A stretch of DNA of 46,423 nucleotides, taken from the NCBI GenBank assembly GCA_035650735.1, contig DASRGZ010000031.1, positions 1 to 46,423 on the forward strand. The letters are read 5' to 3'. Within the stretch, counting starts at the first letter, position 1; each line of letters starts with the position of its first letter. Below, one piece after another: positions 24,953 through 34,770 of this stretch. The notes under the pieces were generated by a model that did not search any database, was not told where the DNA came from, and worked only from the letters and a program-made list of their open reading frames with translations. The position numbers and the translations under genes are program-made. This stretch comes from Chthonomonadaceae bacterium. Its GTDB lineage: Bacteria > Armatimonadota > Chthonomonadetes > Chthonomonadales > Chthonomonadaceae.

Positions 24953-26776
24953 TCACAGGTTCCGCGCTTGCCCGGCTTGATTGCGTTTGGCTTCCAGCTC
25001 TTCCCAACGCGTGTAGAGCTTTTCGATCCGCTCCCGCGCCGCCTGGAGCGCGCTCCAGCGCTCCTGTAGCCGGGCGGGGTCGGAGGCGACGGCGGGAGCG
25101 TTCATCTCGCGCTCTATGGCTGCCGCTTCCTCTTCCGCCGCCAGGATGGTCGCCTCCATCCGGTTCCACTCGCGCAACTCCTGGCTGGTCAGGCGCACGG
25201 CAGCGGAACGCGGCGCATCCGGCGCGCTTCTGGCCCTGGCAGCTTCGGCAGCCTTTTGCTGCTGCGCCGCGCGCTCCCATTGAACGTAGTCAGCAAAGAA
25301 CTGCGCGCCGCCTTTGCCATCCAGCGCTAACAGCTCCGAGGAGACATTATCCAGCATAAAGCGGTCGTGCGTGACCAGGACCATCGCGCCGGGGAAGTCT
25401 TCCAGGCACTCCTCCAGCACCTCCAGCGCGGGAATGTCCAGGTCGTTGGTGGGTTCATCGAGCAGCAGAATATCGGCGGGCCGCAGCATCAGGTTGGCAA
25501 TCAGAACGCGCGCCTGCTCGCCTCCGGAGAGCGCGCCCACCGGCATATCCAGCTGCTCCGGACGAAAGAGAAACCGCCGTGCCCATCCCGCGACGTGCAT
25601 CGCGCTGCCGCGAAAAATAACGGTATCGCCGTTGGGAGAGAGCGCCCGGCGCAGGGAGGCGTTCGGATTAAGCTGCTCCCGGTGCTGATCGAAGAGGACG
25701 ACGCGTAGCCCCTCGGCACGGCGGAGGACGCCCCGGTCCGGCTCCGTCTCGCCCGCCAGGAGGCGCAGCAGCGAGGTCTTGCCGCTGCCATTAGGCCCTA
25801 GCAGGCCCAATTTATAGCCCGGAGAGAGCGTAAAGCTCAAGTGGGAGAACAGGACGTGCCCGCCCAGGCTCTTCTCGATCCCCTTGGCGACCAGCAATTC
25901 GCGCGTTTTACGCTGCGTAGCCGTGAAATCCACGGAGAGAGCGCGGCCCTCCTGCGCGTTCCGCTCTTTGACTTCCGCCAGGGCATCTATGAGCCGTCCC
26001 GCCTCTTCAATGCGGTAGTTGGCTTTGGTCGCGCGGGCCTGCGGGCCGCGCCGCAGCCATTCGATCTCGCGGCGCACTTTCGTCTCCAGCGCCTTCTCCT
26101 GATGCGCCTGCGCCGCCAGAAACTCCTGCTTCTTGATCAGGAAATCGCTGTAGGTGCCCTCCACGCTCAGATAGCCGTCCGGGTAGGCGCGGCTAAGCTC
26201 CATGACCTGATTGGTCACGTTCTCCAGCAGGTAGCGGTCGTGGCTGACCAGCACAAAGGCGAACGGCGCGTTGGTAAGCAGCCGTTCCAGCCAGAGGACG
26301 CCTTCCAGGTCGAGGTGGTTGGTCGGCTCGTCCAGGAGCAGCAGGTCCGGCTGTTGGATGAGCGCGTGGGCCAGGGCCAGGCGCTTTTTCCAGCCGCCCG
26401 AAAGCGTCTGCACCATTTGATCGCTTCCGGCAAAGCCGCCCTGCGTGAGCGCGATGTTGAGCCGCGCCGCCCGCTCGTACTCCTCCAACGGCTCGTCGCC
26501 AAGCGCCTGGATCAAAATCTCGCCGACGGTTCGGTTGGGCGCAAAGATATCCTCCTGGGCTACGTAGGCCAGCCGCAGGTTACGGCGGCGCGTGATCTCG
26601 CCGCTGTCTGGTTTTTCGAGGCCGGCCAGGATGCGCAGCAGTGTGGATTTCCCGGAGCCGTTTGGGCCGATAAGGCCGAGGCGCTCGCCTTCGGCGATGC
26701 CCATGGTTATATCTTGGAACAGCGGGCGAGAGCCATACGATTTGCTGAGAGATTGGCAGCTAAGCAGAGGGGGCAT
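24953..26776 (-). CDS. ABC-F family ATPase (Uup-like)
   Basis: Two ABC domains (GPNGSGKS/T, LSGG, LLLDEPTN, SHDR/THDR), EIEWLRRGPQARATK linker, C-terminal coiled coil. Confidence 0.93.
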   Translation of the reverse strand: MPPLLSCQSLSKSYGSRPLFQDITMGIAEGERLGLIGPNGSGKSTLLRILAGLEKPDSGEITRRRNLRLAYVAQEDIFAPNRTVGEILIQALGDEPLEEYERAARLNIALTQGGFAGSDQMVQTLSGGWKKRLALAHALIQQPDLLLLDEPTNHLDLEGVLWLERLLTNAPFAFVLVSHDRYLLENVTNQVMELSRAYPDGYLSVEGTYSDFLIKKQEFLAAQAHQEKALETKVRREIEWLRRGPQARATKANYRIEEAGRLIDALAEVKERNAQEGRALSVDFTATQRKTRELLVAKGIEKSLGGHVLFSHLSFTLSPGYKLGLLGPNGSGKTSLLRLLAGETEPDRGVLRRAEGLRVVLFDQHREQLNPNASLRRALSPNGDTVIFRGSAMHVAGWARRFLFRPEQLDMPVGALSGGEQARVLIANLMLRPADILLLDEPTNDLDIPALEVLEECLEDFPGAMVLVTHDRFMLDNVSSELLALDGKGGAQFFADYVQWERAAQQQKAAEAARARSAPDAPRSAAVRLTSQELREWNRMEATILAAEEEAAAIEREMNAPAVASDPARLQERWSALQAARERIEKLYTRWEELEAKRNQAGQARNL

Positions 26777-26879
26777 AACCTTACTTCCACAGGCAAATGG
26801 CCGCAAAGGAACGTAAATAGAGGCAGAAGCATTTTGATCTTCCTTTGCCTTCCCTGCCGGCCAGGTTTCAAGCGGGGCT

Positions 26880-28130
26880 TTACCGGCTGCCGACAATGCT
26901 GGGCTGGGTAGAGAGGGTGAAGGGCCGGCCCTCCTCCTGCGTGAACGCGACCTCACCGAAGGCAGCCAGATATCCGCTCGCCGGCGTCTCGACTTCCCCG
27001 ACCAATGCGGCGGCGTGGCCCTCCGGCGCACTCTCCCGGCGCATGGGTACGGCTTCCCAGCGCGAGGCCCGAAAATCCTTTGTGGCGGCGCGGGCGACCC
27101 AGATCCGGGCTTCCTTCGCTTCCGTATCTGCTGTCACCGTCAGGCGCAGGCTGTCGGCAGACGGCGCAAAGCTCCACTCCAGATGCGGCAGCGCGCGGCC
27201 TGCGGCGACAGCGCGAGTGAACGCGGTGCAGGCATGGAAGACGCGCGTGTAATCTTCCAGGCTATGCCCGGAGTTGGGCACGTAGAGCACCCATTTGGGC
27301 GGGAGCAGCGCGTCCCAGTAGAGGTTGAGCGCATCGGTGGCCCAGTAGCGGTCGTTGGAGCCGTTGATGATCAGCTTAGGCAGGCCCAGGCGGTCGCGAT
27401 AGGTATAGGGATCGATGACCCGCGTCAGGTGGAACCCCCGCTCCGTGTTCATCTTCTCCTGGAGGTTTTGCTCCGTATAGTCCCCGATCTGCTCGCTGTA
27501 TCCACCCCAGACCTCGATCTGGTGGGGCATCTGGGCAAAAAAGTTGAGGTTGTCGAAGACCATGGGAGCGATCCCCACCACGCGCGCATCGGCGGCCGCC
27601 GTCAGCCAGGCGGTCCAGCCGCGCTTGGAGGCGCCCGTGATGAGGAAGCGATCAATCTTCGCCCAGCCTTCCCGATCTGCCAGCGCCTGCACCGCATCCA
27701 TCGCGCGGGTCACGCTCTTGGCCATCGGGAAGAGCAGCGGCCACTCCACGTCGCCCGTGTCCAGGTACTGGACGAGCGTATGGGCGATCAGGGCGTCCTC
27801 GGAGAGGTCATCGAAGAGCGGCTGGTTAGGAACGTGAAAGAGGAACGCGCAGATGGTTCCGGTCGCCTGCGCCAGCAGCGCGCCTATGCCCGTCTCCAAC
27901 TCACCGCCCGCGCCGCCGGTGTTATAGAGCAGCACAGTATCGGGAAATTCCAGGTGATCGGGCAGGAAAACTTGCAGCCGGTGCGTCCAGCGAATCGCCT
28001 GCCATATCTGGGAGACCAGATGCAGGTCATAGACGGTCGCGGTCTCACGGCGGTAGGTTTCCCGCTGCGTCCAGTCATAGGCCGCGTCCGGCTTATGAAC
28101 GTAATTTATCAAGTCTTCGGGTTGAATCAC
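26880..28130 (-). CDS. PhoPQ-activated pathogenicity protein PqaA-family hydrolase
   Basis: SQIW..WTH, VPNQP, EDALIA, GASKRGWT nucleophile elbow, DPY, NDRYW, VPNSGH. Confidence 0.88.
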   Translation of the reverse strand: MIQPEDLINYVHKPDAAYDWTQRETYRRETATVYDLHLVSQIWQAIRWTHRLQVFLPDHLEFPDTVLLYNTGGAGGELETGIGALLAQATGTICAFLFHVPNQPLFDDLSEDALIAHTLVQYLDTGDVEWPLLFPMAKSVTRAMDAVQALADREGWAKIDRFLITGASKRGWTAWLTAAADARVVGIAPMVFDNLNFFAQMPHQIEVWGGYSEQIGDYTEQNLQEKMNTERGFHLTRVIDPYTYRDRLGLPKLIINGSNDRYWATDALNLYWDALLPPKWVLYVPNSGHSLEDYTRVFHACTAFTRAVAAGRALPHLEWSFAPSADSLRLTVTADTEAKEARIWVARAATKDFRASRWEAVPMRRESAPEGHAAALVGEVETPASGYLAAFGEVAFTQEEGRPFTLSTQPSIVGSR

Positions 28131-28252
28131 GCGCGGGGTTCCTCTCTGATGTCTGGATGGTATCCGGGCTGTTCACCATTTCCCGGCTTGTTTCCTGCCT
28201 TTCCATCTCACGAACAGACGACAGGCAACCGAGGCCCTTCTCCCTCATGCTC

Positions 28253-28540
28253 GCGGCAGGCTCAACCCTGCCGCTGTGGAGCGCAGAGCGCCCGTCGCCC
28301 ACCTACGTGGGCGGAACGTCCTGCCTGTGCAGGCAGAGGCAAGCCCTGGCATCTCTCTTCCTCCTCTCCCGCAGCGTGGATCGCAAGGCGGAGGCAAGGG
28401 CCGTAACCTTGCCGACCCTTGCAGTCCGTTGTAGCCCCGACCCTTGCAGTAGGGGGCAGGGGGTGAGGGCGATCCTACCCCCTACACCCTACCCCCTACA
28501 CCCTATCCCCTACACCCTGCGCGAGGGGCCGGGGGTGAGG
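28253..28540. repeat. Nested REP cluster (families B and C, GTAG element, heptamer array)
   Basis: CGGCAGGCTCAACCCTGCCG at 28254; GTAG element 28381-28449; six CCTACMC-like heptamers at 28474-28515. Confidence 0.85.
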
Positions 28541-28707
28541 TCTTATCCCCAGAAGGGGCGTTTATCGGCTTGGGCAGGTCGCTCTCCCTTAACTACGACC
28601 AATGTAGCGGCAACGTTCTCTATGGCGCAGACAAAAAGCAGGCAGACGATGGAAACCGTCTGCCTGCCGCGTGTTTCCGTGCCGCTCCAGGGAGAGCGGC
28701 GAGAGCC

Positions 28708-30588
28708 TTACCGGGCCTGGGCAACGCTGCGCTTCCGCTGCGGAGGCGCGGCGGCCTGGCCGTCGGCGCGGACGCCTAGATGCTGCGCGTCCTCCGTGGC
28801 CAGGAAGAAACCGATGCACATCTCATCGGTGGTCTGCTCTCCCCAGAACACCTCTTTGGGCGGGTGCGAGGGCTGACGCGGATTGCGCTCCGAGTTGTCG
28901 TAAATGGCGGTCAGATCGAGTCGGGTGCCTTTGGGCAGCGCCAGCGGCTCCTTATAGATATAGGTCTCCTGCCAGTTGAAATCCCAATCCTTGACCCAGA
29001 CCATCGGCTTCACGGTGCCGTCCGGCAGTGTGGCCGTCATTTTCATCTGGCGGCCCAGCATGTGCATGTGCGGCGCCACGGCCCAGACATGCACGTCCCT
29101 GTCCAGTACCAGGCTTTGGCGGACGACCTGGTCGGCCAGGCCGGGCTTGAGGTCGAACCGCGCGTTGAGCACAGCCCGCACCCGCATCTCCTTATCCACC
29201 GGGCCTTTCGCGAAATGCAGGCCGACCTGGCTGCGATCTACCTCCGGCTTGCCGTTCTTGTGATAGTGGACCTGAAGCACCAGCTTGGCCCCGGCCGGTA
29301 TCCGGTACGCAACGCCCGGTGGGAGGAAGTGCGGCGTGTTGCCTGGCGCCCAACCGGCCACAAAGATCGCCTTCTCCTGCGGGATGCCAATGCCGATTCC
29401 CGGCACCGTGTAGCCCGGCTCGGCCCCTTTGCCGTCCAGCTTGGCCGTCTCGCCGGTCGGGTCCAGGAAGAGAATGATATGGTGGACGACGGCGCGGTTG
29501 TCGGGTCGGCATTCGACGGCGCTCAGGTACCGGTCCTCCTGGAAGTCCACCGGCAGCACGAACTCGCGGTAGACATCCTTGCCCTCCGGCGCCAGGTGGT
29601 AGGGCCGCACAGATTGCAGGATCAAATCCGGCTTGCCAAGCCTCCATTCACCGGCGGGCGGGAACTTAGGTCGGGGCGGCAGGTCTTTGAGGTTGCCGCG
29701 CGGCGCGCCGGAGTCGGCCCATTGGGCCAGGAGGGCGATCTCTTTATCCGAGAGCGTTTTGGAGTCGTGGAAGTCGCCATAACCGGGAGCGGCTTTCCAG
29801 GGCGGCATCAGGCGGCGGGCCGTATAGTCCTTGATGGCCGTGGCCCAGATGCGCGCCTGCGGATAGGTCTCCAGCGCAAACGGCGCCGTCTCGCCCGTGC
29901 GGTGGCAGGCCAAGCAGTTCTTGTAGAGGATGGGCGCCACGTCCCGCGTGTAGGTGACCGCCGCCAACCGAGTTTCATTGGACTGCGCCCTGCCGCGGAA
30001 AATGACGCAGCCGAAGGCCAGCGTGCGGGGACGCGGCACGGGCTTGCCGGCCAGCAGGGCCGTGAGCGTGTCGCGCACATCCTGGCGAAACACTTTGGAG
30101 CGGTCCTGGTTATCGTCAATGCGGCCCCGGTAGCGGACAGTTCCGGTGGCGTCGAGGATGACCGCCTCCGGCGTCCTATCCGCGCCGAGCCAGTCGGCCA
30201 GCGCCGTGCCGTGATCCTTGACCGCCGGGAAGGGGAACTTGCGCTCGCGGGCATAGCGCCGGACAGCCGCCAGGCTATCTTCGGCGTTGGAGTTCACCAG
30301 GAAGAACCCCACGCCGCGCGGCATGAACTCCTGCGCCAGCGCGATCATACGCGGCGTGTAGAGATTAGAGATCGGGCACTGCGTTGAGGTGAACAGGAAA
30401 ACCGTCGCCTTGCTGCGCCGGACTGCCGTAAGATCGTAGACGCGGCCATTCACGTCTTTCCAGGTCAAGGGCTTTGCCGCCCGCGCAACGCCCGGCCCCA
30501 TCAACCACAGCCCCACTGCCAGCAGCGCCAGAATTATCGCTCGCCTTCTTACCATGCCCAACACCATACCTTTCTGTTGTCGCATCAC
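28708..30588 (-). CDS. Redoxin + cytochrome c-like + copper type II ascorbate-dependent monooxygenase fusion
   Basis: Signal peptide; TQCP and YRGRIDD (redoxin); CLACH; VHH, QVHY, PHMH and DEMC copper ligands. Confidence 0.88.
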   Translation of the reverse strand: MMRQQKGMVLGMVRRRAIILALLAVGLWLMGPGVARAAKPLTWKDVNGRVYDLTAVRRSKATVFLFTSTQCPISNLYTPRMIALAQEFMPRGVGFFLVNSNAEDSLAAVRRYARERKFPFPAVKDHGTALADWLGADRTPEAVILDATGTVRYRGRIDDNQDRSKVFRQDVRDTLTALLAGKPVPRPRTLAFGCVIFRGRAQSNETRLAAVTYTRDVAPILYKNCLACHRTGETAPFALETYPQARIWATAIKDYTARRLMPPWKAAPGYGDFHDSKTLSDKEIALLAQWADSGAPRGNLKDLPPRPKFPPAGEWRLGKPDLILQSVRPYHLAPEGKDVYREFVLPVDFQEDRYLSAVECRPDNRAVVHHIILFLDPTGETAKLDGKGAEPGYTVPGIGIGIPQEKAIFVAGWAPGNTPHFLPPGVAYRIPAGAKLVLQVHYHKNGKPEVDRSQVGLHFAKGPVDKEMRVRAVLNARFDLKPGLADQVVRQSLVLDRDVHVWAVAPHMHMLGRQMKMTATLPDGTVKPMVWVKDWDFNWQETYIYKEPLALPKGTRLDLTAIYDNSERNPRQPSHPPKEVFWGEQTTDEMCIGFFLATEDAQHLGVRADGQAAAPPQRKRSVAQAR

Positions 30589-30799
30589 AGCCCGCCGATG
30601 ATTAACGAAGCGGCCCTTACTCTTTCGTAGTGGGATGTTCTCAGTTTAAGGCGGTCTGGTAAACGTTAGGTAACAACGGCTTGACGCGATGGTTACTTTT
30701 TCGCCGCGTATCTACCGCAGGCAGGACAGAGAGGGCCTACGCTGCGATGGGTTCATTGTAAATCAAAAGGCGCGGGGCATCAAGGGGGTGTGGATAAAA

Positions 30800-31639
30800 T
30801 CACACAGTCAGGTGGCGCTTCCACTCTTCGAGCCGCTGAATGGCGGCGCGGATGTCGCGGGTCTGCTGCTCACCGGAGATCTCGCGCTCGATGGTCAGTG
30901 GCCCGGTGTAGCCGATGTCGCGCAGCTTTTGCAGGAAGCGCGGAAAGCCCACTTTGCCCTCGCCTAGCGGATACTCATGGCCGAGCGTGCCGGGCTTAGC
31001 CGGATAGTCGCCATCCTTGCAGTGAACGCCGATGACGTACTTGCCGACCAGATCGAGGGCGGCGATGGGGTCCCCGGAGCCGTAGAGCATCATGTTGGCC
31101 GGATCAAAGTTGACACCCAGGTTGGGTCGATCCACGTCCTGAATAAACTGGAGCAGGGTCTCTGCCGTCTCCTGCCCGGTCTCCAGGGCGAACTTCTGGC
31201 CGTTGGCGGCGCAGTGGTCGCAGAGCGCCTGAATGGCGGCCAGCGTTCCCCGGTAATCCGCATGATCGCGGTCGTCGGGCACAAACCCGATATGGGCCGC
31301 CAGCACCGGAGCGCCAATCGCCTGTGCTGCGTCGCTGCTTTCTCTAGCGATTTGTAGACGCTCTGCGCGCTTGGATGGGGGAACCAGGCCCACCGTCGCG
31401 CGGATGGTAGGAATATCGGCGTAGCTTTCGCCCGGAAAGCCGCAAAAGACGCAGGTCACGGTAACGGCCTGTTCCGCCAGCGCGCGCCGTACCTGTTCCA
31501 GCTTCTCGCCGCTGCGCCACTGCGGGGCAGGCACGCCCATCTGGCAGTTGTTCAGGCCCAGCGACTTGACTTTGGCGATGCCGGCCAGCGGATCGCCTCC
31601 GCCCACGATCACTCCAATAGCCATCGGTTCCAGCGCCAT
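30800..31639 (-). CDS. Sugar phosphate isomerase/epimerase (xylose isomerase-like TIM barrel)
   Basis: LETG, NFDPAN, HCKD, TIERE metal ligands; GGAGGAG RBS. Confidence 0.88.
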   Translation of the reverse strand: MALEPMAIGVIVGGGDPLAGIAKVKSLGLNNCQMGVPAPQWRSGEKLEQVRRALAEQAVTVTCVFCGFPGESYADIPTIRATVGLVPPSKRAERLQIARESSDAAQAIGAPVLAAHIGFVPDDRDHADYRGTLAAIQALCDHCAANGQKFALETGQETAETLLQFIQDVDRPNLGVNFDPANMMLYGSGDPIAALDLVGKYVIGVHCKDGDYPAKPGTLGHEYPLGEGKVGFPRFLQKLRDIGYTGPLTIEREISGEQQTRDIRAAIQRLEEWKRHLTV

Positions 31640-31670
31640 TTTTCTCCTCCGTTTGCGATGAAGTCCTTTT

Positions 31671-31797
31671 GCGGCAGGCTGAACCCTGCCGTTGTGGGGC
31701 TCTGCTAGGGTCGGGCCTACAACGGACTGCCAGGGTCGGCGCTACAATGGTGCGCGCCTCCGCCTAGCGAGGCCTGCTGCCTGCCTACGCAGGCAGA
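31671..31797. repeat. REP family B with nested GTAG element
   Basis: GCGGCAGGCTGAACCCTGCCG..CTGCCTACGCAGGCAG; GTAG element at 31702-31770. Confidence 0.85.
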
Positions 31798-31846
31798 ATA
31801 CCCAGTTAGAGAGGCAAAGAGCATAATCCTGCTGCCGTGGAGCGGG

Positions 31847-32836
31847 CTAGGGCGCGATCAGGCCCGGCACCTCCTGCCCCTGCCGCTGCCTCCAGGCATC
31901 GCGGATCATCTGCGAGCCGCCGAAGGCAGGCGTGTAGCCCAGAAACTCGGCGGCGCGGTTCAAGGCAAACTCGTAGCGGTAATCTTCGGGGAAGCGGAGC
32001 CGCACCGCTTTCCAGCCGGAGACCTCGGCCAGCGTAGAGGCCACCTCGTCATAGCGGATGGGCACGCTGGCGATATTGTAGGCGCGACCGGGCGCTTCCG
32101 CCGCCTCCAGCGCCAGCAGCACGGCGCGGGCGGCGTCGCGCACGTCGCAAAAGTGGCGTTTCCAGGGCGTCCCGTCGTGGTTTAAGGGAACGACAATGCG
32201 TTGGCCCTGCTCCCATGCCTGCTCTATCGCCGCGCGCCAGGCCGCGCGTTCGGACCGCGTCTCCTGGGCGGCACGCTCGCGCCAGGTCTCCAGCAGAAAT
32301 CCACCTTGCAGCAGCTCCGCGCCCGCCGTCACCATCGGCAGGCGCAGGCTGGCGGCAGGCAGTTGATGCTGGAGGGAGTAGGCGTTGCAGAGGGCTTCGG
32401 CGGCCAGCTTGCAGGCGCCGTAGACGTTGGTGATGATGGGGCCGGCCTCCTCTTCGCGCACCGGGTCGCCGGGCCGGTAGGCGCTGCCCTCGTAGACGGA
32501 GGTGGAGCTGATGAACACAAACCGCGCGCAGCCCTGCCGGCGCGCCGCCTCCAGCAGCGTCGCCGTCGCCTCCAGGCTGCCGGCCACCATCTGCGCCGGG
32601 TCGCTGGTGAAGATCACGCCGTTATGGACGACGGCATCGCACCCGGCGACGGCGCGCGCCAGGGCCGCTCGATCCAGCAGGTCGGCCTCGACGGTCTCGA
32701 CCGCAAACGGCTGAAGCTTTTCTGCGCGCGGCGTGCCGGGGCGCACGGCAGCGCGCACCGTATGGCCTTGCTCTTTCAGCATCGCGACGATGTTAGCGCC
32801 GATGCGTCCGCTGGCTCCGGTGACAAGCACTCTCAT
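31847..32836 (-). CDS. NAD-dependent epimerase/dehydratase (extended SDR)
   Basis: VTGASGRIG, ISSTSVY, YGACK, DVRD. Confidence 0.9.
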   Translation of the reverse strand: MRVLVTGASGRIGANIVAMLKEQGHTVRAAVRPGTPRAEKLQPFAVETVEADLLDRAALARAVAGCDAVVHNGVIFTSDPAQMVAGSLEATATLLEAARRQGCARFVFISSTSVYEGSAYRPGDPVREEEAGPIITNVYGACKLAAEALCNAYSLQHQLPAASLRLPMVTAGAELLQGGFLLETWRERAAQETRSERAAWRAAIEQAWEQGQRIVVPLNHDGTPWKRHFCDVRDAARAVLLALEAAEAPGRAYNIASVPIRYDEVASTLAEVSGWKAVRLRFPEDYRYEFALNRAAEFLGYTPAFGGSQMIRDAWRQRQGQEVPGLIAP

Positions 32837-32913
32837 CTTTACTTCCTCCAGGACATTACATTCGTAGAGGCGCAGGCGTTACTGGTATAATTTTGCAGAA
32901 TGTACGCAACCTT

Positions 32914-33073
32914 CTGGCAGCCCACCCGTAAACGAGTGGGCTGCGGACGGCAAGCCCCATCAATGGGGCTGCGCCGGGTGGATCGGTTCCTCTCAAGGGT
33001 AAAGGCATCCAACCTCTGGTAGCCCGCTTGAGCGGGCTTGCCGTCCGCAGCCCGGTTATCGAGATCCGGGCAG
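32914..33073. repeat. REP family A element
   Basis: Near-identical to 22089-22293 but lacking a 43-bp insert. Confidence 0.9.
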
Positions 33074-33082
33074 AATTTGACG

Positions 33083-33610
33083 ATGAAATCCGCGCCATCC
33101 AGACACTATATCGAGTTAAAGGCGCGCTGTGAAGCGCAGATGCAGCTTGAGGTCTGCGACGGCTGCGATGCCTGCGGACTGCGCTGCGCGGCGGGCGTTC
33201 CGGCTTCGCGAGAGGAGTGGGAGGCGCTGCAAGCCTACCTCGCCGGCCTTTCGAGCGAAGAGCGCGCCTACGTGGAAGCGGTGCTGGTCCAAGACAAATC
33301 CGTTTCCCTCGGCGACGGCGTGACCGTCCGGATGTGCCGCTACCGCGACATGGAACGCGGGCGCTGCACGGTCTATCCGGCCCGGCCCCTGATGTGCCGC
33401 CTGCTCGGCCATGTGGAATGGATGCCCTGTCCCATCGCCCGCGTTTCCCGGCCCATTCCCACCGCCGATGCCCTGGCCCTGATGCGGGCGTATGCCGACT
33501 GCGAACGGCGCACCTTCGAGGAGTGGGAAGCGGACCCGACCGCAACAACTCCAGGAAGTGAGGAGCCTGGAGCGGATCAGATCTCCCCGCGTAAGAACGC
33601 GATGCCCTGA
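33083..33610 (+). CDS. YkgJ family cysteine-cluster protein
   Basis: CDGCDACGLRC ... CRYRD..GRCTVYPARPLMCR. Confidence 0.85.
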   Translation: MKSAPSRHYIELKARCEAQMQLEVCDGCDACGLRCAAGVPASREEWEALQAYLAGLSSEERAYVEAVLVQDKSVSLGDGVTVRMCRYRDMERGRCTVYPARPLMCRLLGHVEWMPCPIARVSRPIPTADALALMRAYADCERRTFEEWEADPTATTPGSEEPGADQISPRKNAMP

Positions 33611-34404
33611 TCGGCTTCCGCCAGCCCGATCTCCAGCAGGGCGGGAAGCGGCGCAAACAGCGGATGGGCGATCAGTCGGCGCAACCCCTCGCCAATGGTT
33701 CCCGTTCCCGGCGTGGCGTGGCGGTCGCGATGGCTGCCGCAGGGGGCGCGGGCGTCGTTCAGGTGCAGCGCGACCAGGTAGGGAATCAGGCCTGCCGTCT
33801 CGATCTGTTCGGCCAGCCGTTCCGGCGCGTCGGGCAAGGAGAGATCAAAGCCGGAGACGTGCAGATGGCAGGTATCCAGCACGACGCCCAGCCGTTCCGG
33901 GCCGCACTGGACGGCATGCACCAGGTCGCCGATCTCGGCCACCGTCTGCCCTAACTCCGTGCCCTCGCAGCCGTTTTCCAGCAGGATGCGCGCGCTCGGC
34001 TCCAGGCGCGAGAGGACATTCTCCAACTTGTAGACGACGGCATCGAGCGCGGCCTGATGGCTCTCATGCCCCTTCTGATACCCGACATGGAAGCAGACGC
34101 CCGCCAGATTCAGCGTGGCCGCCAGGTTCGCATCTGCCGCCAATGTGCCTGCCGAGCCGTTGCGGATACGTGGATCGGGCGAGGCCAGGTTCGTCAGCAG
34201 GGAGGCGTGCGCGATGCCCCACAGGCCGCCCATCGCCTGCGCGCCCGCCAAAAACGCGACCTGATCCTCTGGATCGGGAATGCCCTCTTTGGACAGGCGG
34301 TTCGGATTGCGCAGGGTCGTCTGGAAGGCGGTCAGGCCGCGCACGGCCAGCAGTTCCGGGATGCGGGCCAGCGGCGGATCGATATGGGGGCCGAAGCGGG
34401 GCAT
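33577..34404 (-). CDS. nfo: Endonuclease IV
   Basis: FGPH, AHASLLTNLASP, FHVG, LLEN, LDTCH, LHLND, DRH, LLE: full zinc ligand set. Confidence 0.88.
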   Translation of the reverse strand: MPRFGPHIDPPLARIPELLAVRGLTAFQTTLRNPNRLSKEGIPDPEDQVAFLAGAQAMGGLWGIAHASLLTNLASPDPRIRNGSAGTLAADANLAATLNLAGVCFHVGYQKGHESHQAALDAVVYKLENVLSRLEPSARILLENGCEGTELGQTVAEIGDLVHAVQCGPERLGVVLDTCHLHVSGFDLSLPDAPERLAEQIETAGLIPYLVALHLNDARAPCGSHRDRHATPGTGTIGEGLRRLIAHPLFAPLPALLEIGLAEADQGIAFLRGEI

Positions 34405-34538
34405 CGGTTCTCCTTTACGGCAGTCGCCGGTTGCGGCGTATGCGTCGGTTGGACATTCTCGGCGCCGACTCCTGCCGCTGTCCGCCCGTTTTTCCCTGCG
34501 GCCCTCATCTGGAGAGGAGAGAGGAGAAGCCTAGTTCT

Positions 34539-34636
34539 ACCCTCATCCCCGGCTCTTCTCCCTGCTAGGGAGAAGGGGGAGCAGAAGCCAGGTCTCCCCT
34601 CTCCCGCAGCGTGGGAGAGGGGTTGGGGGTGAGGGC
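34539..34636. repeat. REP family C element
   Basis: CCCTCATCCCCGGCTCTTCTCCC..GGGAGAAGGGG..CCCCTCTCCC..GGGAGAGGGGTTGGGGGTGAGGG. Confidence 0.8.
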
Positions 34637-34725
34637 TATAGAGTCGGGGGTAGGGGCCAGAACGAAATGGCCCGGTAGCGTTTTCGTGCCAGGAGGATGC
34701 GCGCCCCTGCGTCGCGAATTGTCTC

Positions 34726-34739
34726 TTGAAACGTTTCTT
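34726..34739. promoter_or_regulatory. Putative LacI-family operator
   Basis: TTGAAACGTTTCTT with perfect GAAACGTTTC palindrome upstream of a glycoside hydrolase. Confidence 0.45.
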
Positions 34740-34770
34740 CATGAAATACCGTGTGGTGGAGTATAGAAAG

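Noticed and set aside
24953..27031. Extended N-termini on ABC-F, response regulator, kinase, M55, YkgJ, Gfo/Idh and rpsG ORFs
   Set aside because: Upstream extensions overlap neighbours or repeats; RBS and family starts lie downstream
28157..28876. 239-aa ORF
   Set aside because: Composed of REP and heptamer repeats read through by chance
30660..30700. ECF sigma promoter (GTAACC..GTT on the minus strand)
   Set aside because: Spacing ambiguous and only one instance
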